A stretch of DNA of 64,000 nucleotides from Vermamoeba vermiformis (taxonomy: Eukaryota): contig JBEWZL010000179.1 in assembly GCA_045837725.1 (NCBI GenBank), forward strand, positions 124,001 to 188,000. The letters are read 5' to 3'. Shown one piece after another: positions 25,926 to 38,069 of the stretch; positions within the stretch are counted from its first letter, which is position 1, and every line of letters begins with the position of its first letter. The notes under the pieces are model-generated. The model searched no databases. It worked only from the letters and a program-made list of their open reading frames with translations, and was not told where the DNA came from. The translations under genes and the position numbers were made by a program.

Positions 25926-28876
25926 ATGCAATCTAAAAAGTATGTCATGCAAGCAAATGACGGATTTGTAGAGTACTTTGTTTGAACTTTCTTTTGCTTT
26001 GGAGACTAATGATATTTTTTAATATTGAAATACTGAATATTTACTAATTTTTCTTGCTTTATAGCGCGTCGTACCATCCCATCCGCAAAATTTTGGTCGC
26101 CAACAGAGGTGAAATTGCTTTGCGCGTCATGCGCACTTGCAAAAAATTAGGCATTGCGACCGTGGCTGTGTACTCTTCGGCTGACAAGTAAGGACAATGA
26201 ATTAAAATATTTGGTGATTTTCTACACGATATTTTTGACCAGCGCGTGGATCTGGTTAATGCTAAAATGTGCTGCAGGAATATAAATAATAACACTGCAA
26301 TGCTCCATTAAATTTTAACAACATTCTCTCTGTTGGTAAATTAAATTGTTTGGCTAAAGGACACATTTTATTAGTGGGTTCGATCAAGTTACCAGATCAC
26401 ACCACTTCGGATTACGTATTTATCGCTACAATTGAATATTAAGTATCTTTTCCAACACCTTCTGACCTTGCTTGTTAGGAACGCCCCTTTTGTTGAGTTT
26501 GCGGATGAAGCGATCGGTATTGGTGGACCAACCTCCAAAGAATCCTATTTGAACCAAGAATCTATTATCAATGCTGCAAAGCGTGCAAATGTCGACGCCA
26601 TTCACCCAGGTATGCTATTTTAGGACACGCCTCAGTTTGTGTACCGAATCTGACAACTTCCGAAGGTTACGGTTTTCTTTCCGAAAACTCGACTTTTTCA
26701 GCTCGTGTAGAACAAGAAGGTTTCATTTTTATTGGTCCCAAGCCTGACAGCATTGACCGAATGGGATCCAAAATTGGCGCTAAGAACTTATTGACCAGTC
26801 CTCCTCACGCTGGAAAAATTCCAGTAATTCCAGGTTACAACGGAAGTGATCAAAGCGTTGAAAAATTGACTGCTGAGGCCTTGAAAATTGGTAAGAATTA
26901 AATTTCAGATCCGGATCTTTGCAACTCAATTTCAGCATTTCTAAATAAGGAAATGTATCCTAACTATCTATATCACATTAGGCTTCCCAGTCTTGCTTAA
27001 AGCCTCAGCTGGTGGCGGTGGCAAAGGTATGAGAGTCGTGCGCCAACGTGATGAACTCGAGGAGACAATTGCCTCGTGCAAACGTGAAGGCCAAGAGTCA
27101 TTCGGTGACGCCTCGTTGTTGATTGAAAAGTACTTTGATCGTGTGCGACACATTGAAATTCAAATCTTCGGTGACTCACACGGCAATGTCGTGCACTTGG
27201 GTGAACGTGATTGCTCCGTACAACGCCGTCATCAAAAGATTATTGAAGTACGTTAGAACTTTATACTATAGAAAGAACTAACTTTCCTTATTAGGAAACT
27301 CCTTCACCTATTATGTCAAACGAACTTCGCGAGAAAATGGGTCAAACAGCGTGTGTCATTGGTCAAGCCATAAACTACCTCGGCGCAGGCACTGTTGAGT
27401 TCATCTTTGACGAAGACTCCAAACAATTTTTCTTCCTCGAAGTCAACACTCGTTTGCAAGTAGAACATCCCATCACTGAAGCTGTCACTGGTACGTGAAG
27501 TGTGACTAACATGCGTGGATCCAGCTCTTCTAACGATGACAGGCCTCGACTTGGTTGAGCTCCAAATTCGCATTGCTGAAGGTGTGAGCTTATGGGACTT
27601 GGGCTTGAAACAAATCAATCGCCGCGGTCACGCTATTGAGTGCCGTGTCTACGCTGAAGACCCTCTCAATGACTTCTTGCCTGCCGTCGGTAAAATTCAC
27701 TTAATGTTGCCTTCTGACACTCCGGTATGTCCGCGCTATCGTTTATTAATCTGTATACTTAACCTATATTTCTAATCAGGGCATGCGTTATGACAGCGGT
27801 GTCAGATCCGGCAGTGAAGTGAGCATTTACTACGACCCTATGATTGCCAAAGTCATTGCTTATGGACGCGATCGTATTGAAGCCACTCAACTGATGATCA
27901 AAGCACTCAGCGAGTTGGTTATTTTTGGCAACTTACAGACCAATCAGAAGTTCTTGATTCAAGTTCTGACGCACCCCAAGTTCGTGCAAGGCGAATATAA
28001 CACGCACTTCATCAACAACTTCTTGCCTAAAGAAGTCCGTGAGCAGTACGTGGCTCTCGATGAGAAGGCTCAAAAAGAACTTTGCATCGCTGCTCTCATG
28101 TTCGATTGGCACTACAGAACTAACAAACGTGAATTGCTCAAGTTCGTCACACCTGGTCTCCGCAACGTCCCTTACAGGTATGCTTATTCATAATATATTA
28201 TAGATATAGCCCGTTCTCACCCTTGATGCCAAACAGACCTCAAACCATGTCCCTCACACTCGGCAAACAAACTTACACCTTGCAATACACGCACATGGGC
28301 GCGCACAAACCCAAGCCCGAGAAAGAATTCGAAGTGAAGATTGGCGACGAGCAATTCTTGGCGTCATACCGTGTTGTTCCACGCGGTCCTAACAGCGCCG
28401 TTCCTGCTGAACTGTCTCAAATGACCGACGTTTTGTTAGTAAGTGTCAATGGCATGACACGGCCGTATACTTTGTTCAGCGAAGATCACGATGATGTGCG
28501 ATACAAAGTCAACACTGTCAACGCTTCACACGTCGAATCAATTTTCATTCACACTCCCACTTTTGGCTCGCACTTGATCAAGAAGAATCCTAAGCTGCAA
28601 GTTGGAGGCACTGGCAATGACAAAGAAGACCAACAAGTAGGTCTCTACAAGGCCATGATGTCCGGCAAGATTGTCAAAATTGTTGCCACGCCCGGCCAGA
28701 CCGTGAAGAAGGGCGCAGTGCTGGTGATCATGGAGTCCATGAAGATGGAGACTAGGATCGAGTCGCAAGAAGACGGTGTTGTGGATCAAGTGTTCACCAA
28801 GGAAGGCATTGTCGTGCAAGAAGGTGACCCGCTCTTGTTCGTGAAAAAGCCTGAACAACAAGCTGCCAAGAAATAG
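25926..28876 (+). CDS. Biotin-dependent acyl-CoA carboxylase alpha subunit (MCC/PCC/GCC family): BC + BT + BCCP
   Basis: [58 protein letters not shown], and the biotinylation motif ESMKM. Confidence 0.93.
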
Positions 28877-28957
28877 ACCAATCACAGCACTCTTTGTTAA
28901 TTTTTGTATTCTTATTCGTACAGTAAACCCTCGAGTTTTCACGCAAAGCACGTGCTT

Positions 28958-31062
28958 TTACTTTACCAAATAAGGCAATAACGAGTCCAGTACAATGCGT
29001 CCCTTCGGTGTCGTTCTGAACCCTTCGTTGTCAATCACTAACAGCCCTTCATTAGCACATCTCTCTAGTGCCTCTAAGTCAATGAACTCATGTCTGTTAG
29101 TGCTGTCAACACCGTGCTCGGCGAGTGTGGCCCACTTTACTCCTTCGTTGATACGCAGCCCCATCATCACTATTTCCTAATCAGGCAACAAACGTTATTT
29201 TAGGAAGTCGCTGTGGAGATTCGTACCATTGCTGTTTGCGCTGTGGTCAATTGAGTCCGTTCAACATTGCCCGAGCCACTATTCAACACTGCGTCCATCC
29301 ACTTGCTGGGGTGTTTGATTTGAATCAGCGAGTAGCGTGCGTCATCTGTCGTCACTCTGCTCGATGCGCCTGGACCCACGCCAATGTAGTCCCAGCCTCG
29401 CCAGTACGCAAGATTGTGTCTGAATAACATTATCATTATTTTATGTTAATATCATGTCTAATGTTTGTACCTGGACTCGTGTCCTGGTTTGGCAAAGTTG
29501 CTGACTTCGTATTGAACGAGACCGGACTTGGCTGCTTCCTATTGGTGCAAATAATCATTATTACAGCTCTTTCATGTCATTCGTCGTAATCACTCTCGTA
29601 CCTCCACACTAATGTTGTACAATTCTTCTTGCACTTCTTCGCTGGGCAATGTGACTAATTTGGTAATTTTTGTCAGTTGGCCGATTGATCATTGTTTAAT
29701 CACGTGATTTGTTGGCTTACTTTTGCCATTTTTGTACCGATTGTGAAATCTGTTTCAGTGAACGGTGAATAAAAATATCTTTTGTTATTTGCAAATATTT
29801 TTCACGTACGCAGTGCCAGGCTCAATCGTCAAATTATATAGAGATAAATGTGTCGTGCCGTAACTCAATGCGTGCTGTGCTAATATTAGCTACTGAATTG
29901 TTGCAAAGATTGATGGATCTGTTTTGAACTCACTTGCAATTCTTTTCGCCAACTTTCAGCTGTCTGTTTGTCGTGGCGTGAATAAATCAAATCAAAACTG
30001 ACGCGCGGAAAAATTTGCTTGGCCTGTTGAATGACACGTGTCGCTTCCTGAATGACATGTCAATTGCTAGTTCCGTTCAGTGAAAACAACGAAATGTACT
30101 CGCCTCCGCCGTATGATTTCTGCCTAAATATTTCAAGTCTTCTGGGATCAATGACTAAAAAAGGAAATTAATGGTCTTGGTTCAGTGAACGAATAAATAG
30201 GCAAAGTTACCTGAATACCCAATGATAGCCGTTCAATTCCTGCTTCTCTGAACTGCTTGAATTTTTCCGCTTCGAACGACTGCAAAGATTAGACGCGATA
30301 TTAACGGTGTTTTTTGTAATTTTGAATGCGTACAGTCGGATTGGCCTCCATTGATATTTCGACATCATCTGCAAACGGTAATTTGGAGCTCAAATGATTG
30401 ATTATTTCCTTAAATGTTGAGGGCTATATTTAACTCATTAGTATTAATATTTGAAACGATAAAGAGTTGACTTACTTTTGCTAGCGAAGGAGTTCCGCCT
30501 CCAAAAAATATCTAATAGGGAATCATTCAGTATATTGGATATATTTTAAATAATAAGAGATAATTACCGAAGAAATAGTCACGGGCTCGGAATAATATTC
30601 GATAAATCGATCGAGCTCCTTTAGGATTGACGTTTTCATTCGTTCATGAGGGATAGCTGCATCGTCCTCGGCTAAATATCTATTGAAATCGCAATATGGA
30701 CATATTGATTTGCAGAATGGCCTGTCAGTAATTAATCAGTTGGATCTGGATTGAAACAAAAAATATACTGGGCCTCAAATAATTTTAATAATATTATTGG
30801 GATGTTAGAGTAACATTTTTACAAAGGAATTTACCAATGAATGTACACTGCGACTTTTTTGGGCGATTTAATTTTTCGATCACGATCCGATCCATAAAAT
30901 CTTCTTGATACGCCTGCTTTATTTACATCTCGTTAATTAATTTTGACTTCGTGTATTGTTTACGCGATAAAGAAGCAAATAAAATCACATACATCCGTAC
31001 GCCGTTGTAGATCCAGCGATCGGCAACTTTTGCAGTCGTCTTAATAATGACCGCGATAGCAT
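28958..31062 (-). CDS. RSAD1: Mitochondrial radical SAM heme chaperone, HemN/HemW-like
   Basis: MLSRSLLRRLQK transit-like N-terminus; YIHWPFCKSICPYCDF (CxxxCxxC); FFGGGTPS; MEANP; YEVSNFA; HNLAYW. Confidence 0.9.
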
Positions 31063-31474
31063 TGCGTGATAGGATTATGCCTCGTATATATTAATTAATG
31101 TTTCCTATTGTTCCGTAGTCCAAATGATCGAACACAATGGTAAATTGTTTCGAAAAGGGACTGTCCGCGCTCGCGATCGCAAATATTCTAAAGAGGTTTG
31201 CCATTAATCATGATATTAATGGCATAGTATATCTATCGGCATGTTTGCAGGGGCAAGAATAAGAGTAATATCAAGATTAGACCATGCAAAACGCTTAAAA
31301 GGAAAGTATGTTACATCCGATTTATTGAATCAAAACTTCCTCGCCCAATTACGAGCTAGTTATTATACTAACGCGTAATTAGGTTCGGATAACACCAATA
31401 AAAGAGTCCCTAAGCAGGGAAAATTGCGCAAAATTGTTTTTTGTTTTCAAAATTCTCCGACGGTTCGTGCAGAT

Positions 31475-32287
31475 CTAACCAGTGAGCTTAGTGGGCTCTC
31501 TGTCGTCTAGAAAATGAAATAAAAAGTCGTCTACGAAGCATTTGAGATGAAATTCGTCTTGTCTGAGACTATGGCGGGCACCTTCTTTGCGTTCAAAATA
31601 TTTGAAGTACAAGATGGCGGTTTTGAGCAGTTCCATACCGTCAGGTGTAGATCTAAATTGATAAAATTATTATGGTGCTTATAATTTAATTAATGAAGAG
31701 GTTTGAAAGCTAGATTTGCTTGCACAATTTTTAACGAATTTTCTGTGCGATCAAAAATCAAAGGACTATCACCATCACATTAAATAATATTATGTATATT
31801 GCATGATATGCCGTAAACCATAATCAAATACTAAATGTGGTAGTTTTCGCGATTTGGTTTTTGACGTTTTTGTTTCAATCTAGTTCGAAAAGCTTAGACC
31901 TGCGAGTATATTCACTTACCTAAACTCTTTAATTTCATTTTTGGGTCTACTAAGACAGGCTGAAGCCTTCGTCTCAAATTCGCCTGCGTTTTGAAGATCG
32001 AGTTCGTCGGGAAGGGACAATTCTCCGTAGGTAGATAGCTCTTTGGATATATTCTCTTTAATAGTCATTTTGAATATCAGATTGGACACATCTATCATGC
32101 CCGAATCATTTTTTGAGTGCCGCTGCAACCTTGGTGGGGTCGGTGCCGATGTAGTGTTATTACCAACTGGGTTGGTCTTGCTGTAAAAGCTTTTGCTGCG
32201 TCCCCTTCGCTGCGGCACCTCCTCGGTCTTGGGCAGTGCGCCTTCCATTCCAGCAGCAGATGTAGGCTGGCTAACTTCCGTGGCCAT
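31475..32287 (-). CDS. Hypothetical protein
   Basis: ORF MATEVSQPTSAAG... followed by a plausible second exon (STPDGMELLKTAILYFKYFE...). The 3' end is uncertain. Confidence 0.5.
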
Positions 32288-32835
32288 ATGTACAAAATAT
32301 AAAATTCGCGATAATATATATACGGAATTGAAGCTGTACAACCAATTCCAAAGACTATGAAACAAAAAATATATACAAGATTAGGTCCGTTGTGGACTCT
32401 CTGTTTGATCTGGTTTAAATTTTGTTTACAGTTTTTTTTACGGCCGTCAATCTTCAGCGAGATTTATGCGCTAACATTTCAATGCGGACCTATAGCTGTC
32501 AACACGTCAATCTATCATCACGCACCACGATCCGAATCTTTATGCATTATAAACAAAAGAAGTAATAGTGACGCGAAGATTCTGATCAGATCTGCTTTGC
32601 TCGTGCGATCGAGATCTTGTGTGTCAACTACTAAAGTTGAGAAATTCACCTTAATTGATTCTCGGACTATTTCAATCGGATTTTGTGTCGCGGCATTGAA
32701 TAGGAATCTTTGTGTTAGTCCTCGGCCTATTGATTTCGAACTGTGGGACCGAACGGCCAAATCCAATCAACAACGTCAGCTGCATCAATTCAGTTTATTT
32801 ACATCATCATAATAATATATTAATTACAAACCTAT

Positions 32836-33787
32836 CTACTTTTTGTTCGGATTGGAGCTATTAAAGCCGGTCGGCAGTCCTAAGGCAGCCATATCCAGCT
32901 CGCCTTCAGCAGGAGCAACAAATTCCGCTTCTTCATCGTCCTTTTTCTTCTCATCGTCTTTTTTTTCTTTCTTTTGTTGCTTTCGCTTTCTTTTCTCTTC
33001 CTCTTCGTCCTCTTGAGCCTTCTTAACTCGCTCATCCAGATCTAGATACCGAAAGCCGTCAATCACCGTTACAATACACAAATGGATAATATACTCCATC
33101 ATTAATTAATGCGTACCGTAATGCTTGACATCGTCGCGCTTTCTCTTGTGCTTGTTCAATCGATCGCGAACATCTTGCAAAGTGGATCGTTCGACACGCA
33201 GTGACATACCGAGCATGCGCTGGTCTTAATAATAGTGGTATTAATATTATTGTTATGAAAGAATACTATAACCGCCAGTACTTACGATTCTTGCCGTTCA
33301 AGTGATCCAAATACGTCATCGAGTCCTTTAATGTGCAGTCACAAACAGCGCAATGAAATGCACCTAATTCAGAAGATGGCGCGCCAGCATTGACCGAGGT
33401 AAATTTGCCGACTTTCTCGTCCAAATTTATAATTTCCTCGCGTTCTTTCAAAGGTCCTCGCTGCACTAAAAATTACGAATTAATTTAGAATAATATTTAC
33501 GAAATTATTATGCGCCATATTTTGCATATTTAATTAAAACAGAATATTCCTTGTTTATTCAAAAATTAATTTTGCGAGATCCTTTCACCTACCTGGAATA
33601 GCGGACCTTTTCTTCGATTGATTATCGACATCCTCTCCGCGCTCGCGAGCCTCGGCCTTTTTTCGAAACTCCTCAACGTTCCAAGAGCGACGCTTCGTGT
33701 GATCGACCGTACCTCCGTAGATCCCTTGCTTCAGGGAGACAACAAGTTAGAACCATAAAAAATGCTTAGTTAACGTACCTGTGACAT
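32836..33787 (-). CDS. ZMAT2: U4/U6.U5 zinc-finger matrin-type protein (Snu23/ZMAT2)
   Basis: [48 protein letters not shown]; C-terminal MAALGLPTGF. Confidence 0.92.
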
Positions 33788-33979
33788 CGTTTAACGTTTT
33801 CTAAGCACGTAAAGCAACGAGAAAGAGTTGTGGTAGTCGAGACTTAACGATGGTTAAGTCACGGTCAAATTTTATCAATTTTATGAAACAAAATTTTCAA
33901 CCGAGATTTTTCATCTTCTCCTGCCCTTTGTTTTGTATGCGCTCTTTTGCATTACAGGTCCACAGAACTAAATAGAATC

Positions 33980-35055
33980 ATGTTTGAGAAGGTAAATATC
34001 GAGGACTTAATATTGGTCGAGCAATTATTATGCTAGGGTTTCATCTGGTCGAGAAGATCCGAATCTTATTTATTATTGGCTCTCAACGCAGAATATACCT
34101 TCAAACAAATAATATTATTGTTATACACGTAATATTACGGCAATATTATTAGTTGGGCGAATATATTTGTGGAGAGAGATATTATTGTAATAATTATTAA
34201 TTTATTTTCATCCCTAGCGTAATAATTCTCTACACACGATATTGAATTAATTTACTTGTAAATAATATCACTCAATCTTCAATAGCACTCGATCAGTTAA
34301 CACTATCCCGAATCAGATTAGATTTTAATGATTATTTTATAGAGAGTTGTTGTCGACGCGCGTGGTCACCTTCTTGGCCGCTTGGCTAGCTACTTGGCTA
34401 AGGAACTCTTGTTGGGTCAACGCATCGTCGTTGTCCGCTGCGAGGAGATCAATATCACTGGTCGCTGTAAGTAGCTATTTTAATTTATTATTTATAAATA
34501 CGGAGGGATCGATTGTTAGTGCAATGCGATTTTGTTTAAACGAACAACGTAACAAGTGCAGATTATTAATGTTTTGTTTTACGATCAGTCATCCGCAACA
34601 AGAACAAATTCATGTACTTCCTCCAAAAGCGCATGAACACTAACCCCAAGAGGGGCCCTATTCACTTCAGAGCCCCCTCCATGCTCCTCTGGAGAGCCGT
34701 CCGCGGAATGTTGCCCCACAAGTCAGTTCGCGGTCAACTCGCTTTGAACAGATTGAAGGTCTTGGACGGCTGCCCTCCTCCTTTTGACAAGGTTAAGCGC
34801 ATGGTTGTCCCTGACGCCCTTCGCGTTGTCAGACTCGCCCCTGGCCGCAAGTTCACCACTCTCAAGGATCTCTGCGCCGAAGTTGGCTGGAAGTACAGCA
34901 ACGTTATTGAAAAGTTGGAGGCTAAGCGAAAGGTTCGCGCCGCCGCTTGGTACGCCAAGAAGAAGGCTTTGCTTAAGTTGAAGAAGCAAGCCGCCACCAA
35001 CGTCGCTGCTAAGGTGCAAAACGAAAACAAAGTTCTCGCCCAATACGGTTTCTAA
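33980..35055 (+). CDS. RPL13A: 60S ribosomal protein L13a (uL13)
   Basis: [40 protein letters not shown]; strongly biased codon usage. Confidence 0.97.
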
Positions 35056-35542
35056 AAAAGATCCAAGTAAATAAATAATATTGTCAAATAATGTGGACCT
35101 CATTGCACAATAAATAAAAATCATAAAAACTAAAAGAGCCTTTGCTTTGTTGACGCGTACCAGGCAGCTGTCGTTCATTTGACATGCTCCGCAGAATTCT
35201 TGCGGAAAATAACTGGCCGAAAAAAAATGAACGGTGATAACCATAAATAAAACATAATCTCCTTTTAATCTCGAACGCTGTATCTCTCTACAATCTCGCC
35301 CAAATTTACATCATTTTATAGTGTCCTTTGCTTGTCGATAGCTGCAACAAATCATCTTCGACTGAGTATCGCTGGTAAGTAATACTCCCGATCGACCACT
35401 GCGAACCGGCGCCGTTACTGAATTCCTTATTTTATATAGATCCAGTAGTCGAAGAAATCAATTTGCAATTAATAGACTGATACTATCAAATTAAATTACA
35501 ACATAAAAAAAACCAAGAGAAAAGTTTCAGTTAGTGTTTAAC

Positions 35543-37877
35543 ATGGAACCTAACCCGCGACCACTAAAGCGTTCCAGAAGAGACGAAGGCAATATGATGA
35601 TGCACCATATACCTATAGATAAACCACCAATGCCTATGCAAGTGCAGCACGATATGACAAATCTGCACCAGCAAGACGACATCTGGCAACGAGTCGCACG
35701 TTTAGAGCAAGAATTACGTGACCGAGAGGGAAAAATTATGCTTTTACAAGACGAATTAGCTAAAACTAAAGAACAAGTCAGTGAATCAATTAATTTCCGT
35801 CCCTGTTACCGGATTTCGTCTTAGAAAAATTCAAATACTCACCAATTCCTTTCTATAGAACGAGGAGTTGGAAAAAAGGGTTAAAGAATTATCCTCAAAA
35901 GGATCTAATAAAAAGGTAATTAATTTAAACCGCAATAATGCTCAAATTTGAAATCTGAATAACGAACCTGTCTTAGGGTGCGCAAAGCAGATACTGGCGA
36001 AAAGATGAACATGAGCGATTTTTAGAAGCTATTCAAAAGTGAGTTGATTTTGCAGTATCTATTTGACGCTGTCACTAACGAAATTAAATTTCAGATTCGG
36101 TAAAAAGGATGTCAAAAATATTGCGGGTTATGTAGCGACGCGAAGCGCTACTCAAGTTAGAACTCATGCTCAAAAGTGGTTCCTTAAACAAGTAAGTCAT
36201 TTGTTTGTGATTTACCTGACACGTTTAAAGTCAACGGTCAGATCGCGACTTTTAGTAATTGATTTTGCCGCACTTTAAATTTAATTAGATTCGGCATCTT
36301 ATCGAATAATATATAATTACATAAATAATCAGAAATATGCCGTAATTATCCGTTGATTTTATTAACCTGAGTTGCCTGTCAGAAACGTGAATCTGAACGC
36401 AAAATGCAACAACGAGAACGAGTATTAATGGAGCGTGAAGAACGCATGCAACGCGAGTGGCAGCGAGTACAAGCGATGCGACCTAGTTCAAACAGCGGTG
36501 GAGCCAACACTAGCAGCACTCCATTGCCGAGACCTGGATCTTTCAGCTCACCATCACCGCTGCCATTCCCTAATATGGCTGGTACGTATATACATTCACA
36601 ATATAATACCGTGAATGGTGATCTAATATAAGCTCGTGTATCAGATCCAGGATTTTTGACAGCAGAAGAGTCGCGCAATTTACTCAATGCGATGAAAGCT
36701 TATGAGAGTGAAAAAGATGTAAGTGTCACGATTATGATCGGATGATATTAAGGCCGGGTCTGTGTATACCATGTGATTAATATGCGTTGTATATTAGTAC
36801 GTGACAAAGCTGCAATTAGTCCAAAAGAACGCGTTGCCACACCGAACAGTCGAAGAAATTAATATGATGGTCAATTTGCTGCACGAATATTCGTCCAATC
36901 AGGGACCCAATAAGAAAGGACGAGTACGTATATACATAATTTAATTAGCTATATTTAGATATAACCTATTGTTAGCACAAGAAATCGAATTTGGATTCCG
37001 TTTTTACCAAAATTGGCAAATTCAACAATTTAAAATTGATTAGTTTATGTGTCCGTTGATTTATAATTAATTTATTTTTTACAGTCACCATTTCAGTTTG
37101 TCTACAACAATTATTACCCGTTCCCTGGTGCTGGTGAAGTGCCGCGACCGGGCAGCGAGACAGGTGTCAATCGACCAATCAAAACCGAGCCCGCCACACT
37201 GCCGCCCATCGAACAGGCACTGCTCATTCAATTGCAGGGCGGTCATCCCATGGTACGCTGAAAATATTTAAAAATTTATACGCGTAATTAACGTAAATTA
37301 TTTTAGCCGCCACAAATGCACGGCCCGCCACACACTTGGGGCCTTTCAGCAGGCACACCGACCTCGCCACCACCTGGCTGGGGCATGGACCTGTCAATGT
37401 ATTCTGTAAGTACATGATGGTGTATATTTAGAACTGTTGTAGTGTCGTTGCAATTGAGCGGATCTGACGTGTGACGCACAGGACCATATGAACGGAGACA
37501 GAAATAAGAATGGTGGCAATCACTCGAATGGCAACAATGCGGGCAATAACAACTCAAACAACAAGAATCCAAACAACGCTAATGACGACGATGATGACGA
37601 CGAGGAGTTGAAAGCACTGCGCAACAAACAACAAAAAGTATTGCCGACGGGCATGACACCGACAATGACCCCTGGTGGCCTGCCTCTCGCACAGCTGGGC
37701 ATGGGACCTCTTGGTCTGCAAACACCGCTCGGCCTGTCAATGTCGCCAGGTCTGATGATGGGCACTTTTTCACCCACACAAGGCCTCGTCATGTGTCCTT
37801 CACCGCTGCGGTTCCCAACACCAACTTTCTTTGGCGGATCACAAACACCGAATGTCGAACAGAAACAAAAATCGTAA
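35543..37877 (+). CDS. Myb/SANT transcription factor of the SHAQKYF class
   Basis: RYWRKDEHERFLEAIQKFGKKDVKNIAGYVATRSATQVRTHAQKWF, with a coiled coil and low-complexity N/P/G tails. Confidence 0.88.
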
Positions 37878-38069
37878 CTAGTTGAAGCGTGATTGATGTG
37901 CTGTTTGACAGATTGATCGGTCAGAGCGGATGTGGTGGAAGGAAAACCAACAATTTTGTACAGCCCTTTGTGAAGGTGTGAAAAATATGTAAAATACGAA
38001 GAAACAAAAAGCATAAACTTATGTTGTAAATTTACACGCAAAACTCTACTGTTATTATTTACAAGTGCC

